Shown here: one piece after another, positions 26,708-36,521 of the stretch
Position numbering within the stretch: position 1 is the stretch's first letter
Layout: each line of letters opens with the position of its first letter
Virus record (IMG/VR): IMGVR_UViG_642973540_000001
DNA: 64,000 nt
DNA from: a virus
Taxonomy: Duplodnaviria > Heunggongvirae > Uroviricota > Caudoviricetes
Reading direction: 5' to 3' (one strand)
The notes under the pieces: generated by a model
Database searches by the model: none
What the model was told of the DNA's origin: nothing
Seen by the model: only the letters and a program-made list of their open reading frames with translations
Translations under genes and position numbers: made by a program

Positions 26708-28216
26708 ATGGCAACTTATAGACTCCAAGACTTGCCAGAATTCACAGGAACTATTTTAGGCACTGACCTTGTTCTTGTAAAGATTCTGGCAAGAGATAGC
26801 ACAGGGACAGATACTGATGCTAAGATGACGGTCACAAACTTCCTGAAAGGTGTCAGCTTCGATACTTCGAAATTCGTTTTGAAGGGTGGAGACATCTTTG
26901 CAGGTGATATGACCATGAATAACACAGTCACCCTGAAAGGTCTTATGACAGGCTCGAAAGGTGCTGTAGGAATCGCTGTAATCAACGCTAACGACCAGTT
27001 GGTATTAGGTGATGATAAGGTTCCACTTGTACTGAAGTCTCTTGAGAACCCCGCATATTTGCGCTCAGACGGTACTCAGTTTTACCTGTACCACACAGGG
27101 AATAAACCTAACGCTACAGATGTTGGTGCAGTACCGACAACAAGAACAATTAACGGTCATGCCATGAATGCAAACGTTACATTGTCTGCATCTGATTTGG
27201 AAGGTATCGACCTGTATGTTCTCAAGTCTGCTGGATATACCAGAGTTAGCGGTGTTATGCAAGAAACTCTGACAATGAAAAACAACAGCTACTTAGCTGC
27301 TAAAAAGGCAGATGGAAGTGCTTCTGTTAATATCGTCAAAGTCAATGCTAACGATAACTTGGAAATCGGACAGTCAGATGCTTTCATGCTTCTGTACAGC
27401 AACGCTGATATTCAGGCTCAAATCAAAGGTTATAACCAGACTCTGCTTCACGATGGTAACTTCAGAACTTACATTAACCCTAATGAAAAACTGAAAGCGT
27501 ATATCCAGATGCAAGTGTTCGACACCGCAGGGACTTATACCATCACACCGGACTCACTGTCAACAGTGTTGAAGTTCCGTGTTGAGGGTGCTAATAAGTA
27601 CGACTTTGACGTTTCTCTGTCAAACATTACTGGTCACTACCAGACTGCTTCGATTGCGAACACCTCAAGTTATGGTAGCATTACTGTGACGGAAGGGGAA
27701 GAGTCAAACATCCTTGATGACAGAACAGGTAACGTTGTTAAAGCGGTTATTGCAAATGACGATGCAGGTTTCATCATCGGATTCTGGAACGAAACTTCTA
27801 AGAAGTCTCAATTCAAATCTATTGCTTACCGTGCAGATGGTGACTTTAACGCACGTGTGGAAGATAACGATGGTTGGTTGTGGTGGTGGATGCTGGACAA
27901 CACAAGCGGTGCATGGGTCAATAAGACCATCAATGCAAGTGATGCCACACTTTCAGGTTACCAACCTAATCATGGTGATACAGAGACCAGACCAACTGCA
28001 CCAAACTTCACAGATGGTGTCTCACAGATTAACATTCTGTTTGACAATAGCTCTGACACCAACTTAACCTTCTCTTACTACTGTGTCAACACATTGCCAC
28101 CAAAAGACGCTACAAAAATTGAAGTGGTTATTGGTGAGAACGGGTCAGTCTCTGCTAACTCTGACGTTACAGGCCGTATTGACCGTATCGTTGTTGAAGA
28201 ATTTGGAAGAATCTAA
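26708..28216 (+). CDS. tail fibre protein
   Basis: 502 aa; N-terminus ATYRLQDL similar to next gene; C-terminal domain shared with the gene at 28960. Confidence 0.65.
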   Translation: MATYRLQDLPEFTGTILGTDLVLVKILARDSTGTDTDAKMTVTNFLKGVSFDTSKFVLKGGDIFAGDMTMNNTVTLKGLMTGSKGAVGIAVINANDQLVLGDDKVPLVLKSLENPAYLRSDGTQFYLYHTGNKPNATDVGAVPTTRTINGHAMNANVTLSASDLEGIDLYVLKSAGYTRVSGVMQETLTMKNNSYLAAKKADGSASVNIVKVNANDNLEIGQSDAFMLLYSNADIQAQIKGYNQTLLHDGNFRTYINPNEKLKAYIQMQVFDTAGTYTITPDSLSTVLKFRVEGANKYDFDVSLSNITGHYQTASIANTSSYGSITVTEGEESNILDDRTGNVVKAVIANDDAGFIIGFWNETSKKSQFKSIAYRADGDFNARVEDNDGWLWWWMLDNTSGAWVNKTINASDATLSGYQPNHGDTETRPTAPNFTDGVSQINILFDNSSDTNLTFSYYCVNTLPPKDATKIEVVIGENGSVSANSDVTGRIDRIVVEEFGRI

Positions 28217-28225
28217 GGAATATCA

Positions 28226-28960
28226 ATGGCTACAACAAGTTACAGAATTCAAGACTTGAAGCAGTACACTGGTTCATTGTCTACCTCTGACTTCTTGTTA
28301 GTCAAGATTAAGAAGCGTACAGGTATGATTGGAGATGAGGATATGAAAATCTCCATGAACCTGTTCCTTGACCAACTCGCACAGGGATTCTTCCCTATTA
28401 CTGGTGGGGTTCTGAAAGGGAACCTCACTATTGCGAATGGCTATCTTCTTTCTCTTGCTGACAAGAATGACGTTGCAGTTTCTATCGGTAGCTTCACATC
28501 CGACAACAGGCTTCAGCTTGGTAACATCAACCGTGGTCTGACTCTGGTAACAATCTCAGATGTCCAGATTAAACGTGGTGCAAACAGCTATGAAGTTTAC
28601 CATGCAGGTAACCTGCCAAACGTCACAAAGATTGACAGCTACTACAACGCTGGATTTGTAGGGACGAGCCACTCAATCAACATGGGTCAGTACACAGATT
28701 ACCAGATGACTTTACAGAATCCAACAACTGCGTTAGACTTCTCTTCAGGCTTTGTTAAAAGGGCTGTTGAGACAATCACAATGTTGATTACTCAGGGTTC
28801 TGGTTCAAACAAAGTCACGTGGCCTGACAACATCAAATGGGCTAACGGTTATCCACCAACTCTTTCTTATAAAGCTGGTAAGACCGACATTATCACATTC
28901 ATCTCCTATGATTTGGGTGCGACTTGGTTAGGTCTTATGACAGCCGCTGGAGTAAGTTAA
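28226..28960 (+). CDS. tail fibre/adaptor protein
   Basis: 244 aa; N-terminus ATTSYRIQDL paralogous to 26708 gene. Confidence 0.6.
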   Translation: MATTSYRIQDLKQYTGSLSTSDFLLVKIKKRTGMIGDEDMKISMNLFLDQLAQGFFPITGGVLKGNLTIANGYLLSLADKNDVAVSIGSFTSDNRLQLGNINRGLTLVTISDVQIKRGANSYEVYHAGNLPNVTKIDSYYNAGFVGTSHSINMGQYTDYQMTLQNPTTALDFSSGFVKRAVETITMLITQGSGSNKVTWPDNIKWANGYPPTLSYKAGKTDIITFISYDLGATWLGLMTAAGVS

Positions 28961-31900
28961 TGACGCAAGTTAAGCAGACATCGGCACAGAGTGCCGTTAA
29001 TCAAGCTGTGAATTTGCTGAACGGTCATGAAGATTTTGTAGAGCGTAGTACGGGTCTCACTGTAGACCCACACGTTGACCACTACCTGCAAAACCCTGAT
29101 TACGTTCTGTCAAACAACAGACATTTCATTGCTGACACTATGGCAGAATATCAGCCAAATGGTGACGCAACAACAGAGGGACAGGCTTTACACGTCCTCG
29201 GATATTGCCATGCCTACATCGCTACAAAGAATCCAGTATTCCTTGACAAAGCGAAAAAGGCTTGGGATGCCTATATCAACTATTTCTACAAAGGTCAGGA
29301 AATCCCTTCCACACCATCTCGTTACATCTGTAACTGGATTATCAACGGGAAACAACCTACCCTTGCAGACTATCCAGTAAACCCCGAAGAGCCTACTCAG
29401 GGTGGATTCAAATGCGTCCCTATCGAGTTCACTAACGGTGTTGGTCGAATTCCTCATGGTGCTCCTTTTTGGGGTGAATACCTTGACTCTTGCACGTTTG
29501 CTCATCGTGGTCACATGACATGGGATGCTATCAACGGTTCTGTTCAGAAGATTCAAGAGAACGTGGACGGGAAGATTGATTGGCAGACTGTTTATGACCA
29601 GTACAGAATCTTAGGAACTCCAACCTATGATGACTTCTTTATGGACACCTTCACCAATGGAAGAGACACTTGGACAGGGTTCACAAGTACATCTGTCATT
29701 CCTACTGTAACAGGTGGCTGGATTAAACCTCCACGTGTTGATGATACAAACCCTGTCGGTATTCGTAAAGACAATATCACCTTTAATGGTGGCTCTTACG
29801 AGACTGTCAGACTGCGTATTAAGAAGACCGGAGACCCTGTTTGGGCTGGTGCTATCTGGTGGGTTAACGTTGGCGGTCGTGGTTGGGATGAGACACGTAA
29901 ATTCTCTATTCCAGAGCCTAAATTCGACGCTTCAGGTGTTGCAGAGATTGCAGTAAATCCCGGATGGAATGTGGATATTCGAACAATCCGTGTTGATGTC
30001 GGGGCAGCACTAACAGCAGATGAGTACGCAAAGAACTTCTTCGAGATTGACTACATCGGTGTCAGTCACAAAACTGGTGAAGGTATTGCAGAGCCGTGGT
30101 CATCACTTGCATGGATTGATTGGAAAGCCTATCTTGGCGATACTTACACAGTAAAATGGGGTGAGTCTAACCATGAAGAAACATTCCCTGTCCAGTGGCT
30201 TGTAGTGTGGACAAACAACAAAATTGGTATGGGTAAAGGCCCGAATGACCAGTTGTGGGATGGTGACATTATCGAAGAAAATCTTCCAGACTCTGATAAA
30301 GGCATGATTAAACTCCACGATGAGACCATTAATGGTGTATATCTGGTTAACTATGCTTCTAAAGTTCCTGTTGATTTTGGTGGTTACGAGTTTGCAAGAA
30401 ATGAGCCGTGGCACAACCGACCTGTTCATACACCCTTCTTAGGTGGTATCAACCAGCTTGGTAACGCAGCCGATGCTGAAGTTTGGTTCACAGATGCTTG
30501 TTATCTCCTGTACCGTATCACTGGTGAAGAGAAGTACAAAACTGCACTGGAAAGTGTATTCTTCACAGCGAACGAATATACAGAGATTGACTCAACTGAC
30601 AAGTTTTTCCGTCAAAGTCTTTCTGCTGAGACACCTTTTACGGATGCTATCAGTTATGGGTTCTCATACCCTGCCAGTACGACCGTGACTTATGACCGTG
30701 ATTCAGATGGTTATATCGTTGTCAACACAGACCAATCTTGCCAGACGTTCTTAGAACAGCAAGCAGTTGTTTTCCGTATCACTGATAAGTCGAAGCTGAG
30801 GCTCACTTATGGTGGTCAGACAGAAACTGGAAAAGCAATCGGTATGTCTGCTACATTGACTATCGGTTCAACAAAGGGTGACGATGACTCAGAGAACCGC
30901 TACAAGGTTACTCTCCCGAAGACTAATGACCCTGTGCCAAAAGTCTATGACATCGCACTTAGTCAACTTGCAAAGGCAACTGATGATACAACTGGTGAAG
31001 ACTACCTGATTGCTGACTCAAGGGCGGTTACCGATTACGGGAACTGTACATGGGAAGAAAGTTATGAAGATAATGTCTACGATGGTCGTACAGCGAACGT
31101 CATCAAGGCCAAGCTACCAACATCTGACGATGGTTTCATTATCGGTTTCTGGTTGACAGAGGAAGGTAAGGTTGATACCAAGTCAATTGTGTATCGTGCA
31201 GATTCCCCTGTGGTTGTTCGCATCACAGATGACAATGATTGGTACTGGTACTGGATTATTGGTGAGACATACGGTAAGTGGGTGAAAAGAACACTTGACC
31301 CGAAGAACTTGACACTGTATGCAACTCAGCCGAACCATAGTCCTGATGAGCCTTTACCAACAGAGGTTAAGTACACCAAGATTGAACAGATGAACATCTT
31401 CTTAGAGGATGACACAGCGACTGACAAAGAGTTCTCATACTACTGTGTCAACGATGTACCACCACTGTTCAAAGGTGATGACGGCTGGACTGTACTGTTC
31501 CGTGCTGCGTTGGCAGGAGATGAAGCATTCACCGCTGTAGTTGGTGACTGTACGATTCTTGACTACCGACACGATTCATTGGCATATTCGCCCGGAGTCA
31601 TTCCATTCTCGAATATTTACGGTGAAGGTACAAATCAGATTGGTGCATGGCACGGTATGCCTTACCCAGGCTATCAATACCCATTTATGTACACAATCCA
31701 TGTTACAGAAAAATATGCTGAAGAGCTTGCAAACCAGATTCAATTCTTGTACGATAGCCAAGAGGCTTACTATAAGCAAGTTGGAATTTTGGGGCCAGGA
31801 TGTGCAGCCTATATCTGGAACCGTTGGGATAACTATAAATATGGTACTCCTGACACATGGACAACGTATCATTGGGGTGATGGTAAGCCGTGGTCTGGTT

Positions 31901-32433
31901 ATCAGCCAAGAGCCTACAACGCTGCTGCAAGGGCTTGGTACGAACTCTCAGTGAGAGGTAAAACTGTTCCAAGAATCCTGAAAGAGTATGTCGAACGCTG
32001 GTCAACATGGTTGGTTTCTTTTGCAGAAAGATTTGGTGGTCACTCTCCAAATGATTTCCCAATTGCACCTGAACAGCCTGTCTGGATTGAGAACGACTTC
32101 ACCGCACACATGTGTGGACTCTGGTTAGCAGGGGCTTGCTACTCTCGTCTTGCTGGTTCTAAAGTTGAAGGATTAGATTACTTCATTGATAGCTGTGCAG
32201 GTGAGTTAGCAGAAGGGTTTACTATTGTGGCAGACCCAACAAAAGCCATTAACGGTGCTTGGTCTCCTGACCCACGTGTCTCTGGCGACAATGGAATGTC
32301 TTTTGGATTTTATACAGGTGAATGCTTCCGTGGATTGTCCCTGTACATTATCTATAAAAATCATGGAATTGGGTACGATTTCTACCAAGATTTAGCCGTG
32401 CCAGACCACTTCAAGGCGTCTATTAATGTTTAG
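28960..32433 (+). CDS. large tail fibre/tailspike protein (about 1157 aa)
   Basis: ATG 28960 (TAATG overlap, GGAG SD; track used TTG 28924); internal domain homologous to 26708 gene C-terminus. Confidence 0.65.
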   Translation: MTQVKQTSAQSAVNQAVNLLNGHEDFVERSTGLTVDPHVDHYLQNPDYVLSNNRHFIADTMAEYQPNGDATTEGQALHVLGYCHAYIATKNPVFLDKAKKAWDAYINYFYKGQEIPSTPSRYICNWIINGKQPTLADYPVNPEEPTQGGFKCVPIEFTNGVGRIPHGAPFWGEYLDSCTFAHRGHMTWDAINGSVQKIQENVDGKIDWQTVYDQYRILGTPTYDDFFMDTFTNGRDTWTGFTSTSVIPTVTGGWIKPPRVDDTNPVGIRKDNITFNGGSYETVRLRIKKTGDPVWAGAIWWVNVGGRGWDETRKFSIPEPKFDASGVAEIAVNPGWNVDIRTIRVDVGAALTADEYAKNFFEIDYIGVSHKTGEGIAEPWSSLAWIDWKAYLGDTYTVKWGESNHEETFPVQWLVVWTNNKIGMGKGPNDQLWDGDIIEENLPDSDKGMIKLHDETINGVYLVNYASKVPVDFGGYEFARNEPWHNRPVHTPFLGGINQLGNAADAEVWFTDACYLLYRITGEEKYKTALESVFFTANEYTEIDSTDKFFRQSLSAETPFTDAISYGFSYPASTTVTYDRDSDGYIVVNTDQSCQTFLEQQAVVFRITDKSKLRLTYGGQTETGKAIGMSATLTIGSTKGDDDSENRYKVTLPKTNDPVPKVYDIALSQLAKATDDTTGEDYLIADSRAVTDYGNCTWEESYEDNVYDGRTANVIKAKLPTSDDGFIIGFWLTEEGKVDTKSIVYRADSPVVVRITDDNDWYWYWIIGETYGKWVKRTLDPKNLTLYATQPNHSPDEPLPTEVKYTKIEQMNIFLEDDTATDKEFSYYCVNDVPPLFKGDDGWTVLFRAALAGDEAFTAVVGDCTILDYRHDSLAYSPGVIPFSNIYGEGTNQIGAWHGMPYPGYQYPFMYTIHVTEKYAEELANQIQFLYDSQEAYYKQVGILGPGCAAYIWNRWDNYKYGTPDTWTTYHWGDGKPWSGYQPRAYNAAARAWYELSVRGKTVPRILKEYVERWSTWLVSFAERFGGHSPNDFPIAPEQPVWIENDFTAHMCGLWLAGACYSRLAGSKVEGLDYFIDSCAGELAEGFTIVADPTKAINGAWSPDPRVSGDNGMSFGFYTGECFRGLSLYIIYKNHGIGYDFYQDLAVPDHFKASINV

Positions 32434-32484
32434 TGGTGGTTGACATATCGTTAATCTAGTGCTACCTTGTTAAATGACGGAACA

Positions 32485-32516
32485 GCCCACTGAGAGTTTT
32501 CTTAGTGGGCTTTTTA
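32485..32516 (+). terminator. rho-independent terminator GCCCACT-loop-AGTGGGC-TTTTT
   Basis: 7-bp stem + T5 right after tail gene stop. Confidence 0.75.
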
Positions 32517-32543
32517 TTATTGGTCAACAAAGAGGTAACGGTA

Positions 32544-32753
32544 ATGCCCTTCATCTTCGCGTTGCTTGGAAAGGGACTTGCCAGTTTCGGAGCAAAACTT
32601 CTTATTGCACTTTTCACAGAGCGCATGATTAAGCACGTTTTCTTCACACTAGCAAAGTACATCGCCAAGCGCACTCAGACTACTAAGGATGATGAGTTCT
32701 TGGATAAGTTAGAAAACATCTATGACAACCCTGACAATGGGGGAGCGCCGTAA
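32544..32753 (+). CDS. small membrane protein (holin-like), 69 aa
   Basis: ATG 32544 with AGAGG SD; N-terminal TM helix MPFIFALLGKGLASFGAKLLIALF. Confidence 0.5.
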   Translation: MPFIFALLGKGLASFGAKLLIALFTERMIKHVFFTLAKYIAKRTQTTKDDEFLDKLENIYDNPDNGGAP

Positions 32754-33088
32754 TGGAGATTAAGAGATTAATCGAAAACAACATCGCTGCAATCATCGTG
32801 GGGTGTTCATCAGTCTTCGCATCTTACTTGGCTGTGAATGTCAGACTTACTCAGATTGAAACGGTTCAGGTAGCTGACCATCAGAGAGTAAGTCAACTGG
32901 AAACGAAAGTCAACCAGTTAGAGATTAATCAGGAGAGTATGAAGGCTTATGCAGACGCATCTCAGAAGAACATTGATAAAATGGCTAACTCAGTTGACAA
33001 ACTTACAGAATCTGTTAATAACCTGTTCGGTATCGTATCAAGGTGGCAGGGGAAGTTTGAAGACACTAATCATGTCAATGGCAGGTAA
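32753..33088 (+). CDS. TM + coiled-coil protein (i-spanin/Rz-like or holin partner)
   Basis: N-terminal TM IAAIIVGCSSVFASYLAV then coiled coil; TAATG coupling. Confidence 0.5.
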   Translation: MEIKRLIENNIAAIIVGCSSVFASYLAVNVRLTQIETVQVADHQRVSQLETKVNQLEINQESMKAYADASQKNIDKMANSVDKLTESVNNLFGIVSRWQGKFEDTNHVNGR

Positions 33089-33094
33089 ATAAAT

Positions 33095-33122
33095 AGGCTC
33101 CTTTTTACGGGAGCCTTTTTTG
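33095..33122. terminator. bidirectional terminator AGGCTCC-tttttac-GGGAGCCT-TTTTTT between convergent operons
   Basis: 7-bp stem, T-run on plus and A-run before. Confidence 0.75.
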
Positions 33123-33128
33123 TATCTG

Positions 33129-34064
33129 TTAACCTACAGAGAGAGGGGCTTTTACAACTCCAGCATTCTGATAATCCTGAAGAGCATTTTTGAAGACTAG
33201 CCCATTCAGTTTAAGAACACTGTCCAGACTACTCAGGTCAAGATTGTCCAGTTTCAGTGTTGGTGCATCAAACTCTGGATTGTCCATCATCTGCATAACA
33301 GCAGGTACATGGTTCTCATAAATATGAGCATCACCAAATGAACCGATAACGTAACGAGCAGTGTAACCAGTCATCTGTGCCAGAATACGAAGCAGGAGCG
33401 CGTATGAGGCGATGTTGAACGGTAAGCCTAAGAATGTATCAACTGAACGCTGATACCAGCGCAAGTCCATATAGCCACCCTCAGACGCATACACTTGGAA
33501 GAACATGTGACAAGGTGGTAATGCACCGAGATTATTCGCAACCGCAACAGGGTTCCATGCAGAAACGATGTGATAGCGGCTTGCAGGGTTCTCTTTGATA
33601 CCTTCAATCAGACGTGTAATCTGGTCACAGGTTGTATCGCAGGACTCAAACTCACGCCACTGAGAACCGTAAATCATCCCCAAGTCTTCCTGAGCATCAA
33701 TCTTACGCAGTGTCTTTTCCTGCGACTCACCAGTTTGAACCTTACGAATAAGACTCTTAACAGCTTTGCTGTAACGCTCATAATCTGCTGTCCAGATGGT
33801 GTTCTGACCTTCATCAGAACCGAACTGATACATACGCAGGGAATGTAAGTCAGTCTTACCAGCCAAGAACCAGAGTAGTTCACCTGCAACCAGTGACATT
33901 GGTACAGACTTGCAGGTCAGTAACGGAAACTCTTTTCGCACATCAATACGCAGGTCTTCTGGAAAAGGAACACTGATAGTATTTCCAGAACGAGAGTGGC
34001 GAAGTTCCCCGTTAGACAGGATGTTTGCGGTAAACGCTTTGTATTGTTGGTCAATAGTGCTCAT
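33129..34064 (-). CDS. td: thymidylate synthase
   Basis: ThyA motifs LPPCH, NPASRYHIVSAWNP, GLPFNIASYALL, DLGMIYGSQWR. Confidence 0.92.
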   Translation of the reverse strand: MSTIDQQYKAFTANILSNGELRHSRSGNTISVPFPEDLRIDVRKEFPLLTCKSVPMSLVAGELLWFLAGKTDLHSLRMYQFGSDEGQNTIWTADYERYSKAVKSLIRKVQTGESQEKTLRKIDAQEDLGMIYGSQWREFESCDTTCDQITRLIEGIKENPASRYHIVSAWNPVAVANNLGALPPCHMFFQVYASEGGYMDLRWYQRSVDTFLGLPFNIASYALLLRILAQMTGYTARYVIGSFGDAHIYENHVPAVMQMMDNPEFDAPTLKLDNLDLSSLDSVLKLNGLVFKNALQDYQNAGVVKAPLSVG

Positions 34065-34621
34065 GATAATCCCTCAATGTAGTGATAGGTTGCTCCAGTT
34101 CCGTTTCTCAGCTTTTCAAAGTAAGCCAGATTCAGACAGAGCGGCATTTCGAAGTCGGTCATTATATCAGCTTGCTCATCACTGTCAAGGACTGTTACAT
34201 AGACCTCATTAGAGATTGCCAAAGACTCTCCGATAATACCTGCACCGCCAATTACAGCAACGCTGTTGTAGAAGCGTTCAGCCAGCTTGACAGCCATGTG
34301 AGTTTCATGGTGGAGGAAGTGAACATCCTTCCCATCAACCTTATAAGACACCATCTCACCAAACTCAATAGGCTGACCACAAGGAAGTTTTGTCGTCAAG
34401 ACTATAGCGTTTCTTTCCTTCAACGGAAGATGAATATCCAGTTGGTTAGGATGACGAGCCGCCAGAGAGTTGTAAGTAGACTTACCCATCAGCACTGTCC
34501 CGATGTTTTTTGTCAGGAAAGCGAAACGTTGTAAGTCTTCAGAATTTTTAGGCCACGGAAGGGAACCATCACGATTCCCGAACGCACCTACACTGTTCAC
34601 AGCATAGATTGTAGTTATCAT
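34061..34621 (-). CDS. frd: dihydrofolate reductase
   Basis: DHFR N-terminal IYAVN..GAFG..LPW, GKSTYNSL; ATGA overlap with td. Confidence 0.85.
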   Translation of the reverse strand: MITTIYAVNSVGAFGNRDGSLPWPKNSEDLQRFAFLTKNIGTVLMGKSTYNSLAARHPNQLDIHLPLKERNAIVLTTKLPCGQPIEFGEMVSYKVDGKDVHFLHHETHMAVKLAERFYNSVAVIGGAGIIGESLAISNEVYVTVLDSDEQADIMTDFEMPLCLNLAYFEKLRNGTGATYHYIEGLS

Positions 34622-35175
34622 TAAAACTCTAACCCCTTCACTTCAAGAATTTCGATAGACTTCAGCTTTTCCCATTTGTAAGCCTTTTTCGGGATTGGCT
34701 GTACTTCAACGAGAACTTTACATGCTTCTCGGAAAGCAGTCAAATCATTCAGCACGTCAATAACCAGTTGCTGATTGGTCAACTTCTTATTCTCACGCAG
34801 TTCACGTTCAAAACGTTCGATGATTTGGAGAAGACCGTAGACCACACCAACATTCAGACGTTTACGAAGACCTTTGTCCAGCTTCTGCCATTCATGCTCA
34901 TAACGCTGGTTGATGACATCAACTGCACGGTCATAGCCGATACCCACAGCATCCAGCCTTGCAATGAACATGTCGAACTCTTTACGGTCTTCAAGAGTCT
35001 GGTAAAGGTTCTCATTAGACCAAACCTCATTACGGTGATAAGAAGTGATGTTCTTCTTCGTAGTGGTCAGGTCAGATGTCAGGCTGCTGTGAAGGTATGG
35101 ACGACCAGAAAACTTGTCCACAATCACATAGTGTGGGTGAATCCCCAAATCTTTCAATGACTTATTCATAATCAC
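34621..35175 (-). CDS. hypothetical protein (184 aa)
   Basis: ORF track; coupled between ligase and frd. Confidence 0.55.
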   Translation of the reverse strand: MIMNKSLKDLGIHPHYVIVDKFSGRPYLHSSLTSDLTTTKKNITSYHRNEVWSNENLYQTLEDRKEFDMFIARLDAVGIGYDRAVDVINQRYEHEWQKLDKGLRKRLNVGVVYGLLQIIERFERELRENKKLTNQQLVIDVLNDLTAFREACKVLVEVQPIPKKAYKWEKLKSIEILEVKGLEF

Positions 35176-36265
35176 GCACCGTTAATCCTACAGGGAATTG
35201 AACACGACCCTTACGAGTCTCTTTCTGGTACTGAACAGTCAGGGGTTTACCAATGAACTCTTCAGGGTTGTCAGCCAGATACTGACGCTTCTCATGAGTT
35301 GTCTTCCAAGCACAACTGAAGCGTTTACCTTTAGATGATAAACAAACGAACTTACCGTGTCCACGTTTATCTTTCTCAACGTCAACAATGATGAATTCAC
35401 TGGTCAGCATCTTTTTGTGCTTAATCAGGAAGTACGAACGCTCGTTACAACCGTAGAATGAATCTGCTGCGATTGAACGGTACATTGCACCTTCGTATTT
35501 CTCAAGCACCCACTTGTCGTGCATCGCATCGAACTCTTCAAAGCTGTTAACGCGAGTTGACTCTACTACAACGATACGGAGATTGAAATCACACTCAAGC
35601 AGTGGGCTGGAGTTGATGATAGCACTACGCTCAGGCCAGTTCAGCGATGAGTCAATAATGTCATACCAGTAGAACATGAGAGTATCGCGTTCAGGGTTTT
35701 CTGCATCCTTAATCATGCTCACGATGTCTTCAAGGTCATAACCGTGTGCGTAGATTTCACCATCAAACTGTTCAACAGTCGGGTGTGACTTCAGCATAAA
35801 CTGGATTGACGGGATAAGCATGTTAGGCATCACATACTCTGTATTCTCACGTGAGTAAGCAGTGAAACCATTTTCAACAGAACTGTCACGCTTAATCCGG
35901 CAGCGTACACCGTCCAGCTTAGGCTGTGCATCAGCAGGGAAGATGAGATATTTCTTGTGAGAAATCTTCACAGCATCGTGTGCAAGCATCACACCATCTT
36001 TGACGACTGTTTCAGCTTCATCAAGATTCTCTGCGTAGCCTTTACGGTCAATCTGGTGGCGATACTTTGATTCCACTTCGAGAATGGCTTGCTGTTCAGG
36101 TGTTGTCTCGTTCTTCTTACCAGCGTTCTTACCTTCAGCCGTATAGCGTTCAGTCATCAGCTTACCACCGACCTTACCATATACGGTGACGACATCAGCA
36201 CCTTCTGCAAAGCACTGCCACTGGTTTACTGACTTGTTCTTGTTGCGTTTGAAGAGAGTTTTCAT
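35162..36265 (-). CDS. ATP-dependent DNA ligase
   Basis: adenylation motif I KLDGVR, 367 aa. Confidence 0.85.
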   Translation of the reverse strand: MKTLFKRNKNKSVNQWQCFAEGADVVTVYGKVGGKLMTERYTAEGKNAGKKNETTPEQQAILEVESKYRHQIDRKGYAENLDEAETVVKDGVMLAHDAVKISHKKYLIFPADAQPKLDGVRCRIKRDSSVENGFTAYSRENTEYVMPNMLIPSIQFMLKSHPTVEQFDGEIYAHGYDLEDIVSMIKDAENPERDTLMFYWYDIIDSSLNWPERSAIINSSPLLECDFNLRIVVVESTRVNSFEEFDAMHDKWVLEKYEGAMYRSIAADSFYGCNERSYFLIKHKKMLTSEFIIVDVEKDKRGHGKFVCLSSKGKRFSCAWKTTHEKRQYLADNPEEFIGKPLTVQYQKETRKGRVQFPVGLTVRDYE

Positions 36266-36282
36266 CGTGTGTCCTCAAGAGA

Positions 36283-36305
36283 AATAAAAGGACTCCGAAG
36301 AGTCC
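36283..36305 (-). terminator. minus-strand terminator GGACTC-TTCG-GAGTCC-TTTTATTT (family copy 2)
   Basis: reverse-complement of the conserved terminator, 7 nt downstream of 36312 gene. Confidence 0.7.
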
Positions 36306-36311
36306 ATTGGT

Positions 36312-36521
36312 TTATTTTAAGAATGCTTTAATCAGTTGGTAGAGAAAGACTACCATGAAACCTGATGCAAGACCCTCAATGATACCGAAGAAGATAATAA
36401 TGGTATCTGAAGCGAAACGCAACGGTCTTTTTGCAGCAAACTGTAAAAGTTTAAAACTATCGACTGCCAACCAGATAATACCGATTGCGATAGTTAGGCA
36501 GACCAAAATAGAACTAAGCAT
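36312..36521 (-). CDS. small membrane protein (69 aa)
   Basis: two hydrophobic helices; ORF track. Confidence 0.45.
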   Translation of the reverse strand: MLSSILVCLTIAIGIIWLAVDSFKLLQFAAKRPLRFASDTIIIFFGIIEGLASGFMVVFLYQLIKAFLK

